NCBI GenBank assembly: GCA_965222615.1
Contig: CBDCUI010000009.1
Location: 1,024,001-1,088,000 of the forward strand
Reading direction: 5' to 3'
Source: Gammaproteobacteria bacterium
GTDB taxonomy: Bacteria > Pseudomonadota > Gammaproteobacteria > UBA4575
DNA length: 64,000 bases
The notes under the pieces were generated by a model. It saw only the letters and a program-made list of their open reading frames with translations. It had not been told where the DNA came from and did not search any database. The number at the start of each line of letters is the position of its first letter. Position 1 is the first letter of the stretch. This document shows positions 1 to 9,802 of the stretch, one piece after another. The position numbers were made by a program, and so were the translations under genes.

Positions 1-144
1 TACGGTGTATTTAGTAAAGTCGGTTTTAGGAAACTCTTCCTTAGAAAACAATTCTGCTGCCTGAGCTGACAAACCCCACGTACTGATTGCTGAAACTATT
101 AACAGCTTAGATATAATCACTTGCAGCATAGTAAATTTGTGCAT
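1..144 (-). CDS. N-terminal part of a secreted protein, probably DUF3179 family (runs off the window edge)
   Basis: Manual translation from ATG at 144: MHKFTMLQVIISKLLIVSAISTWGLSAQAAELFSKEEFPKTDFTKYTV; signal peptide, then PKTDF resembling the recalled DUF3179 N-terminus. Confidence 0.5.
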   Translation of the reverse strand, partial: MHKFTMLQVIISKLLIVSAISTWGLSAQAAELFSKEEFPKTDFTKYTV

Positions 145-183
145 GTGATAAAGACCTGTTTTTACTATCTGAGATTACAGTGA

Positions 184-1173
184 TTATGCACGCTTGGCTA
201 ATACCAGTGAAAAATACTCATTTTCCGGTTGAAAGTGCTTTTCTTCAACGAGTTCACTATCCGCTAATAAACCTTGAATCGATGATTTAGTATATTTGCG
301 ACTGATTTCAGTGAGAATTTTTTCATCCTTTTTTAATCGAATAGTTTCATTTAAACGAGGGAAGCTTACTTTTTGATCCTGTTTGGAAACTAAATACATT
401 TCTATTTGCTGAGCTTGATCATTATAAATTGCTTGATGAGCAAATTGATCTAGATCGAAATTAGCATCTAATGAACTGTTCAACACCTGTAAAACATTGC
501 AGTTAAATTTAGCAGTAATCCTTTCACTATCATCATAAGCTCTTTCCAAAATATTTTTATTTTTGACACGATCCATGCCCAACAACAAATAATCATTCGC
601 TTGCATTTTATTTGCAACTGTACTGAGCAATTCAATCGCTTCTACATTAGTAAAATTACCGATTGAACTTCCAATAAATGTATATAAGCAAGGTCCACTT
701 ATATGCGGCAAAGCATTAACAGCCGGTATATATTCCCCAACTATAGACAACATCTGCAGAGAGAGATGCTGTTGCAATAAACGATCAGCAGTTGCCACTA
801 AAACTTCTTTGCAAACATCAATCGTAATATACTCAGGGCTGTCACAAGCAACGCATAATTTGGATAACAGTAATTCCGTCTTAGTAGATGCGCCTGCCCC
901 CAACTCTATACAAGTTGTTGGCTTAGTAAGTTCAATAATTTCTTCTGCATGTTTTTTAAGTAGTGCATATTCAGTACGCGTGAGATAGTAGTCATCCGTA
1001 TCACAAATCGCTTCAAATAAGCGTGAGCCTTCTTCATCGTAAAAATATTTAGGTGGCAAACTACGCGGCGAAGATAGCAAACCAACTCGAACATCATTCT
1101 CTAATGTGTTGAATACGGCTTGATCGGACAGCTCTTGTAGTGAAAATCGAGCGGTAGACAAGGGTAAATTCAT
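184..1173 (-). CDS. egtD: L-histidine N-alpha-methyltransferase (ergothioneine pathway)
   Basis: LPPKYFYDEEGSRLFEAIC, YYLTRTE, ELGAG, GSSIGN, AYDD, TEISRKY motifs. Confidence 0.92.
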   Translation of the reverse strand: MNLPLSTARFSLQELSDQAVFNTLENDVRVGLLSSPRSLPPKYFYDEEGSRLFEAICDTDDYYLTRTEYALLKKHAEEIIELTKPTTCIELGAGASTKTELLLSKLCVACDSPEYITIDVCKEVLVATADRLLQQHLSLQMLSIVGEYIPAVNALPHISGPCLYTFIGSSIGNFTNVEAIELLSTVANKMQANDYLLLGMDRVKNKNILERAYDDSERITAKFNCNVLQVLNSSLDANFDLDQFAHQAIYNDQAQQIEMYLVSKQDQKVSFPRLNETIRLKKDEKILTEISRKYTKSSIQGLLADSELVEEKHFQPENEYFSLVLAKRA

Positions 1174-1349
1174 TGAATATGCCTTTAATTTCAGGGTAGC
1201 ATTGAGGTAAGCTAGTGTCTAATCCAAAGCCACTAAGCTGTAAATACAGTAAAACAAGAATCGGTTTTTAAATCGACATAAAAAAATAAGAACAAACTCA
1301 ACTCTATTCTCTTAAATAGAATCCCGAATACATTCCGGGGGAAAAGCCA

Positions 1350-2702
1350 ATGGAAGATTTAACTTCAATATTAAATACTCTAAGCAAATTTATTTGGGGA
1401 TCAGACGAAGAACAGTTCCCCATTATGTTGGCACTACTTCTTGGTGTGGGTGTATATCTAAGTCTTGGGTTAAAACTGATGCCATGGCGAAAAATTAGTC
1501 ATGGATTTAAATTGTTATTCTCTGGACAAGCGGAAAAAGTTCAGGGAGACATCAGCCCGTTTCAAGCATTAATGACGGCGTTATCAGCAACGATCGGTAC
1601 CGGAAATATAGCCGGAGTTGCTACAGCAATCTTTCTTGGCGGGCCTGGTGCCGTGTTCTGGATGTGGATCACCGCGTTATTTGGCATGGCGACTAAATAT
1701 GGAGAGGCGGTGTTGGCGGTTAAATACCGTGAGGTTGACTCACGTGGCAAACGCCAAGGTGGACCGATGTATTACATCAAAAACGGCTTAGGTGATAATT
1801 GGAAATGGCTCGGCTTCTTGTTTGCGTTGTTTGGAACAGTTGCGGCATTTGGTATTGGCAATATGGTGCAATCAAATTCGGTAGCCGACGCGCTACGTTC
1901 AAATTTCAATATTAGTCCAACTTTAACTGGGATTGTTCTAGCCATACTGGTTGGTTTGGTGATTCTAGGCGGAATTAAACGCATCGGCGAAGTAGCAGGA
2001 AAACTCGTTCCTCTAATGGCGGTCGCTTACATTTTAGGCTCATTAATTGTGATCTTTGCAAACTTTGCAAACGTCGGTGAAGTCTTCAAGTTAATTTTTT
2101 CAAGCGCATTTAATGGAACTGCGGCTACTGGCGGTTTTGCTGGCGCTGCAGTTTGGGCGGCAATACGCTTTGGTGTGGCACGTGGAGTGTTTTCCAATGA
2201 AGCCGGTTTAGGTAGTGCACCGATCGCACATGCGGCGGCTCAAACTGATGATCCGGTGCGTCAGGGCATGATTGGCATGCTAGGTACTTTCATCGACACG
2301 ATTATTATCTGTACCATGACAGCACTGGTAATTATATTAACCGGCGCATGGACTAGTGGCGAAACCGGCGCCTCATTGTCTACCCTTGCTTATGGCCAAG
2401 GAATCACTGGTGGGAACTACATTGTCACGTTAGGTTTAGTCGTTTTTGCATTTACCACGATGTTGGGTTGGAGTTACTATGGAGAACGTTGTGCTGAATT
2501 TATTTTTGGTGTTGGAGTCATTATTCCGTATAGAATTCTTTGGGTAATTGCAATTTTATCTGGCGCATTATTTAAACTTGATTTTGTTTGGCTATTAGCC
2601 GATGTAATGAATGGCTTTATGGCAGTACCTAACTTAATTGCTTTAGCTTTACTAAGTCCTGTAATTTTTAAAATTACTAAAGAATATCTAAATAAAAATT
2701 AA
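1350..2702 (+). CDS. Sodium:alanine/glycine symporter (AGCS family)
   Basis: ATIGTGNIAGVATAI, GGPGAVFWMW, GGPMYYI, RGVFSNEAGLGSAP motifs. Confidence 0.95.
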   Translation: MEDLTSILNTLSKFIWGSDEEQFPIMLALLLGVGVYLSLGLKLMPWRKISHGFKLLFSGQAEKVQGDISPFQALMTALSATIGTGNIAGVATAIFLGGPGAVFWMWITALFGMATKYGEAVLAVKYREVDSRGKRQGGPMYYIKNGLGDNWKWLGFLFALFGTVAAFGIGNMVQSNSVADALRSNFNISPTLTGIVLAILVGLVILGGIKRIGEVAGKLVPLMAVAYILGSLIVIFANFANVGEVFKLIFSSAFNGTAATGGFAGAAVWAAIRFGVARGVFSNEAGLGSAPIAHAAAQTDDPVRQGMIGMLGTFIDTIIICTMTALVIILTGAWTSGETGASLSTLAYGQGITGGNYIVTLGLVVFAFTTMLGWSYYGERCAEFIFGVGVIIPYRILWVIAILSGALFKLDFVWLLADVMNGFMAVPNLIALALLSPVIFKITKEYLNKN

Positions 2703-2726
2703 ATATTGCGTGAGTAACGTCAAGGA

Positions 2727-3575
2727 ATGAATACACCCCAACACAGCGAGGAAGCGCTGCATATCATAAAGCGAGCAGTGAATAATGCTCTTGAAGAAGA
2801 TATCGGTAGTGGAGACGTAACCGCCGCACTTTTTAATGTAAAGCAAATACATGATGCAAAATTAATATGCCGCGAGGAAGCCGTCCTATGTGGTCAACAA
2901 TGGTTCATAGAATGCTTTCACCAACTTGACCCAAGCATAGAAATCAATTGGAACATACATGATGGTAATGTCATTGAAAAAGATTCGACGGTTTGCAGCT
3001 TGCGTGGGCCTGTGCAAGCAATTCTCACTGGTGAACGTACGGCAATAAATTTTCTACAAACATTATCTGCCACTGCGACACTCACGCGCATCTATGTGGA
3101 CACCATCACCGGCACCAGTGCGCAACTACTCGATACCAGGAAAACCATTCCGGGAATGCGTTATGCGCAAAAATATGCTGTGAAATGTGGTGGTGGCATG
3201 AATCACCGCATGGGTTTATTTGATGCAATATTGATTAAGGAGAATCATATAGCTGCGGCTGGCTCGATTAGCAAGGCAGTTACGCTTGCAAAACAAAAAC
3301 ACCCTCATCTCAAGTTAGAGGTTGAAGTAGAAAACATTCAACAACTTGAAGAAGCTGTCAATACGCCTGCAGATACTATTCTGTTAGATAACTTTTCTCT
3401 ATCAGAACTGGAGAAAGCCGTAAATATTAATGAACATAAAAAAAAGCTAGAAGCTTCAGGAAATATATCATTAGAAAATATTCGCGAAATTGCTAAAACT
3501 GGAATTGATTTTATCTCTATTGGCTCAATAACCAAACATATACAAGCTGTCGATTTTTCAATGCGCTTTGAATAA
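2727..3575 (+). CDS. nadC: Nicotinate-nucleotide diphosphorylase (carboxylating)
   Basis: EDIGSGDVT, DTRKTIPG, NHRMGLFDAILIKENH, EVEVE, LLDNF, EASG. Confidence 0.97.
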   Translation: MNTPQHSEEALHIIKRAVNNALEEDIGSGDVTAALFNVKQIHDAKLICREEAVLCGQQWFIECFHQLDPSIEINWNIHDGNVIEKDSTVCSLRGPVQAILTGERTAINFLQTLSATATLTRIYVDTITGTSAQLLDTRKTIPGMRYAQKYAVKCGGGMNHRMGLFDAILIKENHIAAAGSISKAVTLAKQKHPHLKLEVEVENIQQLEEAVNTPADTILLDNFSLSELEKAVNINEHKKKLEASGNISLENIREIAKTGIDFISIGSITKHIQAVDFSMRFE

Positions 3576-3677
3576 AAACTAAATTTTTTAAACTATATTA
3601 GCTTGAATTTAATCTAACAGACAGAATCAGATTAAATCGAAACTAGTCATTGCCAATAAAGTGAAGTCATTCCGTGA

Positions 3678-3920
3678 GCGCAGGGAAGCGCGAATAAGCG
3701 TTCCATCAGGGACGATGCAACCGATTAGTGTTAGGTGATATTAAAAAAATATCAAACTGCATAACTTAACGTTTATTAAATATTGGCATAAACACTTTAC
3801 CTTTTTTCAGCATATGGATGTGTGTGAGAAAGTTCGCATCAAGGTTGTTGCTTTCCTTAAAGCTCTTGCGCTTCTCAGCGTGATGTAATGCGCATAGAGG
3901 ATGTGCGGATGAGGATATAT
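3678..3920 (+). ncRNA. Candidate CsrA/RsmA-sequestering sRNA (CsrB/RsmY/RsmZ-like); ends approximate
   Basis: Four short hairpins with GGA in the loop: GCGC-AGGGAA-GCGC (3678-3691), CATC-AGGGAC-GATG (3704-3717), GCATA-TGGA-TGTGT (3810-3823), CGCATA-GAGGA-TGTGCG (3891-3907), plus further GGA at 3907-3915. Confidence 0.5.
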
Positions 3921-4001
3921 AGCCTTGATTCTTGGCCTGCTTAGGTTCGTGTCTTTCTGTGTCTGGTTGTTTGAATCTAAACTTTTACAGTTTAATTTAT
4001 A

Positions 4002-4781
4002 TTAAGTGAATTTTTGTTTGGCTTCATTCCAGGCAATTTCCATTTCTTCCAATGTGCAATTGTTAAGCTCTTTACCTTGATCAGCTAAACTGGATTCGAT
4101 GTATTGAAACCTTTGTGTAAACTTTTTATTGCATTTTCTTAATGCATCTTCTGCATTTATTTTTAGATGTCGACTAAGATTTACTACTGAAAAAAGCACA
4201 TCCCCTAATTCTTCCTCTAGTTTTTTTTGTTGGTTTGATGTAGACATCACAGTTTCCAGTTCGTTTAATTCTTCTTTGACCTTTTCAAGCACCTGTTTTA
4301 CTTCTTGCCAATCAAATCCCACTGTTGCCACACGTTTTTGAATTTTTTTTGCACGCAATAATTGTGGCATCGCCATAGGAATATCATCTAATACACTTTG
4401 CGACGCCATTTTTGATTTTTTGTTGCGTTCCGATTGTTTAATTTCCTCCCAACTTTCATGTTTAGGTTCAATTGAATCATCAAATACATGTGGATGTCGT
4501 CGAACAAGTTTGTCACTAATAGATTTGGCAACATCGTCAAAAGCGAATAAGTCTTGCTCGCTTGCTATCTGGGCATAAAAGACGATCTGCAGTAACAAAT
4601 CGCCAAGCTCATCTTGTAATTGAGAAAAATCACGGCGATCGATGGCTTCGGCCACTTCATAGACCTCTTCTATGGTATAAGGCAAAATCGATGCAAAGGT
4701 CTGCTGTCGGTCCCAAGGACAACCCTGTTCTGGATCACGTAAACGCTGCATAAGGTTCAGTAAACGATATAAATTATCCAT
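4002..4781 (-). CDS. mazG: Nucleoside triphosphate pyrophosphohydrolase
   Basis: LRDPEQGCPWDRQQT, EEVYEV, DELGDLLLQ, KLVRRHPHVF, second EEELGD domain. Confidence 0.97.
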   Translation of the reverse strand: MDNLYRLLNLMQRLRDPEQGCPWDRQQTFASILPYTIEEVYEVAEAIDRRDFSQLQDELGDLLLQIVFYAQIASEQDLFAFDDVAKSISDKLVRRHPHVFDDSIEPKHESWEEIKQSERNKKSKMASQSVLDDIPMAMPQLLRAKKIQKRVATVGFDWQEVKQVLEKVKEELNELETVMSTSNQQKKLEEELGDVLFSVVNLSRHLKINAEDALRKCNKKFTQRFQYIESSLADQGKELNNCTLEEMEIAWNEAKQKFT

Positions 4782-5060
4782 GATCTTACCTATCTACGGC
4801 TCAAGGGGCATATTGCATTAATTAAAAATTATCTTTTCAAAACAAGGACATACCTTAACACTGGTTTAGATTTTCAGAATAAAACGCCATTAACTAGTTT
4901 ATTATCGCCTTGATTTATAAGGGCTGCAGTAATCCACAGAACATCAAAATCAAGCTTTCAAATCTAAACAAAATCCCTCTTTACCGAGCAATGTTCCTTA
5001 TTTTTCAGTACGTTCCAGCAACTTTTCAAACCACTTTTTTTGTATAGTAATGCGAAATTT

Positions 5061-5091
5061 GTCATACTATTATCATGACTTTCTTATGATA
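5061..5091. promoter_or_regulatory. Overlapping inverted repeats just upstream of the RHH gene; possible autoregulatory operator
   Basis: GTCAT-N9-ATGAC (5061-5079) overlapping TATCATGA-N5-TTATGATA (5071-5091). Confidence 0.3.
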
Positions 5092-5096
5092 TTTAA

Positions 5097-5282
5097 ATGA
5101 CACCAGCCAATAAAAAAAAGCCCCAAGATTCAGCATTGTTGCAAATCCGAATTTCTCGCGACTTGCGCGATGAATTTATGCGTCAAGTTAAGTCCGAAGA
5201 TGACAGTGCGTCTCGTTTAGTACGCCAGTGGATTCGCGGATACTTAAAGTCCAGTTCGCAGGGAGATCTTTTTAATACGTGA
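5097..5282 (+). CDS. Small ribbon-helix-helix (CopG/Arc-like) DNA-binding protein
   Basis: Alternating strand LQIRIS followed by helices RDLRDEFMRQVK and SASRLVRQWIRGYL; stop overlaps next start (GTGA). Confidence 0.7.
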   Translation: MTPANKKKPQDSALLQIRISRDLRDEFMRQVKSEDDSASRLVRQWIRGYLKSSSQGDLFNT

Positions 5283-7861
5283 TTCGTACAATCGATAAAA
5301 AAATCAATAGACTACGCTCCCAACATGATGAAGGCGAGTCTAGGGATTCCAGTAATATGGCTATCAAGGTGTCTTTAGTTAATGTCGGTAAAGATTTGTG
5401 GACCTATCTTTGTCGACATACCCCACCCCCACTGGCAATTTCAAACTTAGCCAATGAAAGACAACTTACAGATATGCTCAGCGATGGACATATCGATAGT
5501 AAAGTTATTGTACTTGGGCATCATATGAAAGAACCCTTAAGGGTCGCCGGATGGATTCAAGAACACGACCCGGCTATAAAAATTTTCTTATTGCGCAAGC
5601 CTGCAGACTTTGACTCCTTGGGACAAATAATTAATGAAATGCCAGAATTGGCACACGATGTTGAGCTTTGGTCTACAGCTGACATCAAAGCTCTTCCCTC
5701 CGCACTTAAAAGCGCTGTAGATGTATTTTATCAGTCGAATGAAAATGTTGTCGAACTGGATAGCTCGCAATTCACTAATCAAAATTCTACTGAACCATTA
5801 CAAGAGTCAACGTTAGATAATAAACTCGATTCTATACTGGCAAAAGCAAGTATAGGGTTACTTTGCATAGATGAAGAAGACACCATACTCGAACTAAATT
5901 CACCTGCAGCATTGATGCTAGATCTAGATGAACATGATTCTTTAGGCACACCTTTATCATTAATCTTTGAACAAGCTGAATTAATAAAACTTCATCATAT
6001 TATTAACACTTGTCATGAAGAAGATCCTGAAATCTCTCCTGAAATTAAATTTATAAGTGCAGACGAAAAGCTAAAATTCTTCCGTGTATCTGCGTTTACA
6101 GAAACAAAAGAAAATAATGAAGTCATTAATTTAGTGTTACAAGACATAACAGAAAGCGCCATCGCAGAAAATAAGTTAAAACAAGAAAAACAGCGCAATC
6201 GTATTACTCTTAAATTGCTCAAAGATGGTGTAATTACTACCGATAACAACTGCAATATTCAAACTATGAACCCTGTTGCCGAAGGGTTAACTGGATGGCC
6301 TGGTTATGAAGCCAAAGGTAATAATCTTGACAATGTGTTTAAACTTATCGATGCTAATACAAGAGAACGTAAAACAAATTTAGGTGTTGAATGCCTTGCT
6401 TCTGGTAAGCCTATTGAAACTAACACAAACCTTGTGTTAGTAGATCGCTTTAACAATGAGCACCCCATTGAACTATCACTCGCGCCCAGCAGTTCATTAA
6501 ATATTGAATCTGGTGGCTTGGTATTAATTTTCAAAGATGCCACAGAAACTAAACGCCTTACACAAGAAATCACTCATCAAGCTTCTCATGATGCATTAAC
6601 TGGCTTGTTAAATAGACAAGAATTTGAGTACCGATTAGAAAAGGCAATTGCGAGTGCAGCTGCGCATGATGTACAACATGTATTGTGCTATTTAGATCTC
6701 AATCAATTTAAGATCATCAATGCACAAGCAGGCCACACAGCTGGTGACACAATCCTCAAACAAGCTGCAGAAAAAATGAAACATCATATGCGCAGCATAG
6801 ACATATTGGCACGTTTAGGTGGAGACGAGTTTAGTTTGCTACTAGTCAACACAACCATAGATCACTCACGAGTCGTAGCTCAAGAACTTATCGATACGAT
6901 TCGTAACTCAACTTTTAAGTGGAGAGATCAGCACTTTGAAATTGGTTTGAGTATTGGCTTAATCTCTATAGATAAACATTCACAAGACCCCGCTCAGATG
7001 TTAACGCGTGCTGAACTCGCCTGTTTTACTGCCAAAGACCACGGCCGCAATAAGATGCATATTTACAGGAAGGAAGATGACGAACTTACCCGACGTCACA
7101 CCGAAATGATGCGTGCCGCTGGTGTCACTGGCGCATTACAAGAAGATCGGTTTCGAATTTATTGTCAACCAATTGTGGCATTGTCGCCAAAAAATAATGA
7201 ATCGCTACACTATGAGTTGTTAATTCGTTTAACCGATCCAAAAGGCGATTTGATCATGCCCGCAAGCTTTATTCCTGCTGCAGAGCGTTACGGTTTAATG
7301 TCTAGTCTTGATCGTTGGGTAATTCGAACTGCCTTTCATAGTTACAACGATATATTTGGTGAAGATTCGGGCGTGCAAATTGCTATTAATTTATCTGGCA
7401 ATTCATTAAATGATGACTCGCTACTTGATTTTATTAAAGGCGAAATTGACGAAACCAAGATCGATCCTGGAACCGTCTGTTTCGAAATTACAGAAACAGC
7501 AGCAATTAGTAACCTTGACCAAGTAAGTCAACTTATTTTAGAACTAAAGAGAATCGGTTGTCGGTTTGCTCTAGATGATTTTGGTAGTGGATTATCTTCT
7601 TTTGCTTATTTAAAAAATCTTCCAGTCGATTATCTGAAAATCGATGGCAGCTTCGTACACGACATGATTGATGACACCATTGACCATGCCATGGTAGAAG
7701 CCATTAACCAAGTTGGCCACATCATGGGGATAGGAACAATCGCGGAATGCGCAGAAAGTGAGGAAGTCGTAGAAATGTTAAGAGAACTTGGAGTTGATTA
7801 TGCACAAGGTTTTGCTATGGGTTGTCCTGTGCCTATTGAAGGCTTGAAGCAACTGCATTAG
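5279..7861 (+). CDS. PAS-PAS-GGDEF-EAL c-di-GMP enzyme with degenerate receiver-like N-terminus
   Basis: HDALTGLLNR, RLGGDEF, YELLIR (EAL variant), FEITET, LDDFGSG, KIDGSF, AQGF. Confidence 0.95.
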   Translation: MIRTIDKKINRLRSQHDEGESRDSSNMAIKVSLVNVGKDLWTYLCRHTPPPLAISNLANERQLTDMLSDGHIDSKVIVLGHHMKEPLRVAGWIQEHDPAIKIFLLRKPADFDSLGQIINEMPELAHDVELWSTADIKALPSALKSAVDVFYQSNENVVELDSSQFTNQNSTEPLQESTLDNKLDSILAKASIGLLCIDEEDTILELNSPAALMLDLDEHDSLGTPLSLIFEQAELIKLHHIINTCHEEDPEISPEIKFISADEKLKFFRVSAFTETKENNEVINLVLQDITESAIAENKLKQEKQRNRITLKLLKDGVITTDNNCNIQTMNPVAEGLTGWPGYEAKGNNLDNVFKLIDANTRERKTNLGVECLASGKPIETNTNLVLVDRFNNEHPIELSLAPSSSLNIESGGLVLIFKDATETKRLTQEITHQASHDALTGLLNRQEFEYRLEKAIASAAAHDVQHVLCYLDLNQFKIINAQAGHTAGDTILKQAAEKMKHHMRSIDILARLGGDEFSLLLVNTTIDHSRVVAQELIDTIRNSTFKWRDQHFEIGLSIGLISIDKHSQDPAQMLTRAELACFTAKDHGRNKMHIYRKEDDELTRRHTEMMRAAGVTGALQEDRFRIYCQPIVALSPKNNESLHYELLIRLTDPKGDLIMPASFIPAAERYGLMSSLDRWVIRTAFHSYNDIFGEDSGVQIAINLSGNSLNDDSLLDFIKGEIDETKIDPGTVCFEITETAAISNLDQVSQLILELKRIGCRFALDDFGSGLSSFAYLKNLPVDYLKIDGSFVHDMIDDTIDHAMVEAINQVGHIMGIGTIAECAESEEVVEMLRELGVDYAQGFAMGCPVPIEGLKQLH

Positions 7862-7871
7862 AGAAACACTT

Positions 7872-8990
7872 ATGTCTACTTTACCTAGTGTTAAGGACGT
7901 TGTCTCAACCGATGTTGATTCATTGCGTAGCAAGCTGGAATCGCTTGTGCATGACGCACGCCGCAATGAAAAAACCTTACGCAAGTTTCAAACATTGGAG
8001 CTAAGATTATTAAGTTGTAGTTCACTGGCTGAATTAATGCAATTGATTACACACAAAAGCAAGTCAACATTTGGCTGGGATATCCTCACTATTGTCCTTT
8101 TCGACGAACATCAGGATATAAATCGATTACTGCAAGACACTGGTGACGATGCTAGCCGATATCCTGAATTAATTTTTACACGCGATATACTACTTTTAAA
8201 AAAGCTTTTTGGGCGTTTTAAAAAACCGTTACTTGGTACTTTTGATAATGACAAACATGCAAATTTATTTTTAAGTGAAAAAAAATATCCGCGTAGTATT
8301 GCTCTATTACCTCTATACCGTAATAACAAGTTATTAGGCAGCCTCAACTTAGGAAGCTTTCAATATCAGCGCTTTAATAAACATGATGCCACAGACTTTC
8401 TCGAGCACCTTGCTGCAGTTCTAGCAACCTGCCTAGATACAACCATAGCACAAGAAAAACTTAAACAAGCTGGATTAACGGATGCGCTAACAGGAGTTAA
8501 TAATCGAAGATTTTTTGATCAACGCCTAACAGAAGAAATCTCACGGGCACAAAGATTACAAACATCTGTGAGTTGTTTATTTATCGATATAGACCACTTT
8601 AAAGAAGTTAATGACAGCTTTGGACATGAAACCGGCGACTTAGTATTAAAGAAAGTAGCGGAATTAATTCGAGCACAATTACGCAATATCGATGTCGTCG
8701 CACGTTATGGTGGCGAAGAATTTGCAGTCTTATTAGAGCAGTCTGGACAAGACTGGGCAACTGAAGTTGCACAACGTATCCAACAAAGTGTATGCGATAC
8801 AACCTTTATTGAAGATAGCACTAAGCAATGCCCGCTAACTGTTTCAATTGGTGTTTCAACCATAGAACGTCCAAATAAAAAACAAAATTCTTTCGATCTT
8901 GGCAGAGAACTATTACGCAAAGCGGACAAAGCCTTATATAAAGCCAAACAAGATGGACGTAATAAAGTAAGACTCGATAGTAATTTATAA
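7872..8990 (+). CDS. DUF484/GAF-like sensor diguanylate cyclase
   Basis: DARRNEKTL N-terminus, TDALTGVNNRR, DIDHFKEVNDSFGH, RNID I-site, GGEEF. Confidence 0.93.
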   Translation: MSTLPSVKDVVSTDVDSLRSKLESLVHDARRNEKTLRKFQTLELRLLSCSSLAELMQLITHKSKSTFGWDILTIVLFDEHQDINRLLQDTGDDASRYPELIFTRDILLLKKLFGRFKKPLLGTFDNDKHANLFLSEKKYPRSIALLPLYRNNKLLGSLNLGSFQYQRFNKHDATDFLEHLAAVLATCLDTTIAQEKLKQAGLTDALTGVNNRRFFDQRLTEEISRAQRLQTSVSCLFIDIDHFKEVNDSFGHETGDLVLKKVAELIRAQLRNIDVVARYGGEEFAVLLEQSGQDWATEVAQRIQQSVCDTTFIEDSTKQCPLTVSIGVSTIERPNKKQNSFDLGRELLRKADKALYKAKQDGRNKVRLDSNL

Positions 8991-8996
8991 CCTGTT

Positions 8997-9311
8997 TTAA
9001 TATTCACCAAGCGGTCTTTTAAAGGTAAATTCAGCCGGCTCAATTACTAATTTTTGTCTCGCTTGTCGCTCATTACCGCCAAGCAGACTAAATGGCAAAG
9101 AAACCACATACACTGCAGATCCTACTACAGTAGTCACCACACCCACCGGTCTTGCTATTAAAGCATCTGCAACCATTGCTTCACCTGAACCGGGTTCTAA
9201 CCAATAACCATAGTGACTATATCGAATGTGAGTCGAGTGTTCTGCTTGAATCGCTAGTGGAAATAAAGCACTAATTATCACTATTAAAATAGATTTACGT
9301 AGTTTTTGCAT
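8997..9311 (-). CDS. Conserved hypothetical exported/membrane protein
   Basis: Start reassigned to ATG 9311 (GGAG upstream); signal peptide; AMVADALIARPVG..VVSLPFSLLGGN..FTFKRPLG pattern. Confidence 0.75.
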   Translation of the reverse strand: MQKLRKSILIVIISALFPLAIQAEHSTHIRYSHYGYWLEPGSGEAMVADALIARPVGVVTTVVGSAVYVVSLPFSLLGGNERQARQKLVIEPAEFTFKRPLGEY

Positions 9312-9551
9312 ACCTACTCCTTGATCACCAAAGATGTAACCAATTTCATAAATAACCAACCTACATTATAGCGAATCTACACTTGTATAACTCATGAGTT
9401 ATTAGTTCCTTACAATATATAATTTTTTAATAACAACAATTGTAAGCCTGTTAAATGCTAAATATGACTCTGATAATGCTAGGGTTAATTGTTTCATGCA
9501 TGAAACCTATGCGAAGATCTTGTCTATATAAAACGAAAATAATATGTATTT

Positions 9552-9573
9552 AAATGTGATATGTAGCACATTT
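9552..9573. promoter_or_regulatory. CRP/Vfr-type binding site
   Basis: AAATGTGA-TATGTA-GCACATTT: one mismatch to TGTGA-N6-TCACA, with palindromic flanks. Confidence 0.6.
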
Positions 9574-9614
9574 ACATTCTAAATTTTATCCAATTGGCGC
9601 CGTTACGTTTAACA

Positions 9615-9736
9615 GATAAAGGCAAACCCATTGAAAAATGGGGACGCAAAGTCACCGGTCTAAGGACTCCACGCGAATGAACGCAGTTATCAGTGTGATT
9701 GTGAACGTAAGATTCTAAGATAGCGGAACCGCCGAT
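9615..9736 (+). promoter_or_regulatory. c-di-GMP-I (GEMM) riboswitch with expanded P3
   Basis: AAAGGCAAA-CCCATT-GAAA-AATGGG-GACGCAAAG..CCGGTCTAAGG ... CTAAGATAGCGG..CCGCC; GAAA tetraloop and receptor strands present. Confidence 0.88.
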
Positions 9737-9802
9737 TAACTATAGGGGATAAACCTTTAGTGGATTCACGTTCCAGTGCGCTTTGCAACATGGATACGTG
9801 AT

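Noticed and set aside
1174-1349. Glycine riboswitch ahead of the alanine/glycine symporter
   Set aside because: No GGAGA..GAAGG..CTCAGG aptamer core visible in the short divergent gap
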